From contig OY969706.1 of the NCBI GenBank assembly GCA_963702095.1, forward strand, positions 2,848,001-2,912,000: a DNA stretch of 64,000 nt, written 5' to 3'. How positions within the stretch are numbered: the first letter of the stretch is position 1; each line of letters starts with the position of its first letter. This stretch comes from Candidatus Bathyarchaeota archaeon. Lineage in GTDB: Archaea; Thermoproteota; Bathyarchaeia; Bathyarchaeales; Bathycorpusculaceae. Below the pieces are notes generated by a model. That model was given only the letters and a program-made list of their open reading frames with translations. It searched no databases and was not told where the DNA came from. The position numbers were made by a program, and so were the translations under genes. Positions 62,218-64,000 of this stretch are shown here, piece by piece.

Positions 62218-64000
62218 ATGTTATCAACTCTACCTATAAGATCCGACAAAAAAAGCAGAACTGACAATTTACACAAGCTCTCAGTGACCACGTTAATTCT
62301 ATTATTAAGCGTCTCTATGCCTAGCGATGATGCCGATCAGTAATGCTACAGATTATACATCATCTTACCCATCGTACACGTACATAGATGTCGAGCCAAA
62401 ACTAGTAGGTGTCGGCCAGACTCTTACCGTCGCTTACTGGCTTGCAGATGCACCGCCATCGCCTTTTAGATACGAAGGAATTACAATAGTTGTAACTAAA
62501 CCTGACAATTCAACCGAAAAAATATCAACTACACAAACAGACACCGTTGGCGCAGGCTACATACAATATACACCTAAAACAACCGGCACCTACACATTCA
62601 AAGCAATCTTCCCCGGACAAGAAATGAACATAACCACAACCACATACAGCCTCCCACCCGGTTTTTACTACTTTGAACCATCCGAAAGCAGCACAAGATC
62701 AGCGACAGTACAAGAAGACCAAGTTCAATCAAGCCCAGAAACACCCCTTCCATCAAACTACTGGACAAACCCAATTAGTGCCGAAAACAGGGCCTGGTCA
62801 CAAATATCCGGCGACTGGCTCCAAGCGCCATTCATGCCTGGCTCATCAAATTTCAACCTTTACACTGCAGCTCCGGACTCAGCACACATAATGTGGACGA
62901 AATCAGTAACTCAAGGCGGAATAGCAGACGGATCATTAGGCTGGGGCGAAGCTTACTACACCGGAATTCCCTATGAAAACCCCTTAAGCCCCCCAGTGAT
63001 CATAAGCGGACGACTATACTACAATGAATTTTCATCGAACTCGCTAACCGGCGTTATATGCGTAGACCTAAGAACAGGAGAAGAAATATGGCGAAACGAT
63101 TCTATGCCTCGAATATCGCGCGGCCAAGTGTTCAATTTCGACGGAGATAGCCACCACGGCGCTTCGGCATACTTATGGAGCGTAGGTACAACCAGTTGGC
63201 AATTGTCTGATGCCTTCTCAGGGAGACAACTAGCCACTTTAGTAAACACCACTTCACAGACGGCATCATACGGTGCCATATCTGCTGGATCAGGAACCTT
63301 TGCATATGGTCCAAATGGAGAACTACTGATGTACATTCTTGATGGTCAAAACGACAGACTAACCATGTGGAATTCGACGTTAGTTTTCTACACTGATGCC
63401 TCAAACTGGCGTATCTATGGAACATATGACTGGACCAAAGGAATACAATGGAGCGTAACCATACCTCATGTGACTGGACAAACGTTAAGCCACCTTGACT
63501 ATAATACCGGAGTGATACTTGCCGAATCATCAGTTGCTTCCCCAACTTTCACACACATAGGATACAGTACGGAAACAGGTGAACGCATATGGATTCAAAA
63601 CAGGACAGGATATGATTACGGCTTTGGCGGACCAGACATACCTGGACTCCTAACAAATTTTGCTCCATGCCACACACTAGCTGACGGAGTATACGTCGTC
63701 TTCCACAAGCAAACTGCAACGTTCGTAGCCTTCGACGCCAAAACTGGAAACTACCTCTGGACCACAGATTCTCTGATGGAATATACCGACAGTGACTACA
63801 CATCGTACGATTGGTCTCCAAAAATTGCATACGGAACCCTTTACGTTACAGGATTCAGTGGCAGTGTATATGCATTTAACCTTACAACTGGAGCGAATAT
63901 ATGGAGCTTTAATCAACCAAGCAGCGGATTCGATACACCTTACGGAAGCTGGAACTGCATTGACGGAGTCATGATAGCCGACAATAAAGTATATGTACCC
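62218..64000 (+). CDS. Second PQQ-like beta-propeller surface protein (partial); +1 frameshift at about 62307
   Basis: After removing one A: ..ASLCLAMMPISNA..VEPKLVGVGQTLTV..PLPSNYWTNPISAENR..SAHIMWTK; paralogue of 55789-58492, apparently open to the window end. Confidence 0.8.

Noticed and set aside
505-63974. Numerous 60-160 aa ORFs nested in or antisense to identified genes
   Set aside because: Shadow ORFs without motifs, fully overlapping well-supported CDSs.
1-64000. CRISPR array, cas genes, transposase or integrase
   Set aside because: No regularly spaced direct repeats and no recognisable Cas, DDE, HUH or tyrosine-recombinase ORF.

Overview
Archaeal chromosomal segment, most consistent with Bathyarchaeia (TACK): it carries eS25, eS1, Rpo6, thermosome, class I LysRS, SerRS, RtcB, archease, CofD, tetraether synthase Tes, tRNA-Arg(GCG) and several large secreted beta-propeller or surface proteins. 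Housekeeping blocks alternate with small accessory blocks (H+-ATPase/TreT/PpsA, membrane proteins, VapBC, regulator plus surface-protein pairs). No transposase, integrase, Cas gene or CRISPR array is visible. At least seven otherwise intact genes carry single-base indels, most likely consensus errors. The main unexplained signal is non-coding: two families of dispersed intergenic elements with three clear copies each. Family 2 (31095-31211 minus, 32682-32799, 48721-48838) has a 10-bp hairpin with compensatory substitutions, an exactly 49-nt variable spacer and a conserved 30-nt block. Family 1 (17105-17285, 19390-19600 minus, 43158-43385 minus) has GTGTGG-N15-CCACAC and a conserved block 76-77 nt away. 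Copies bracket serS and rpoK-thermosome in inverted orientation. Other candidates are a long hairpin closed by a canonical bulge-helix-bulge motif (58549-58658), a PspA-less ydjG/ydjI-like membrane-stress operon and a membrane-tethered clan-CD-like peptidase. All calls are by eye; no database search was run.
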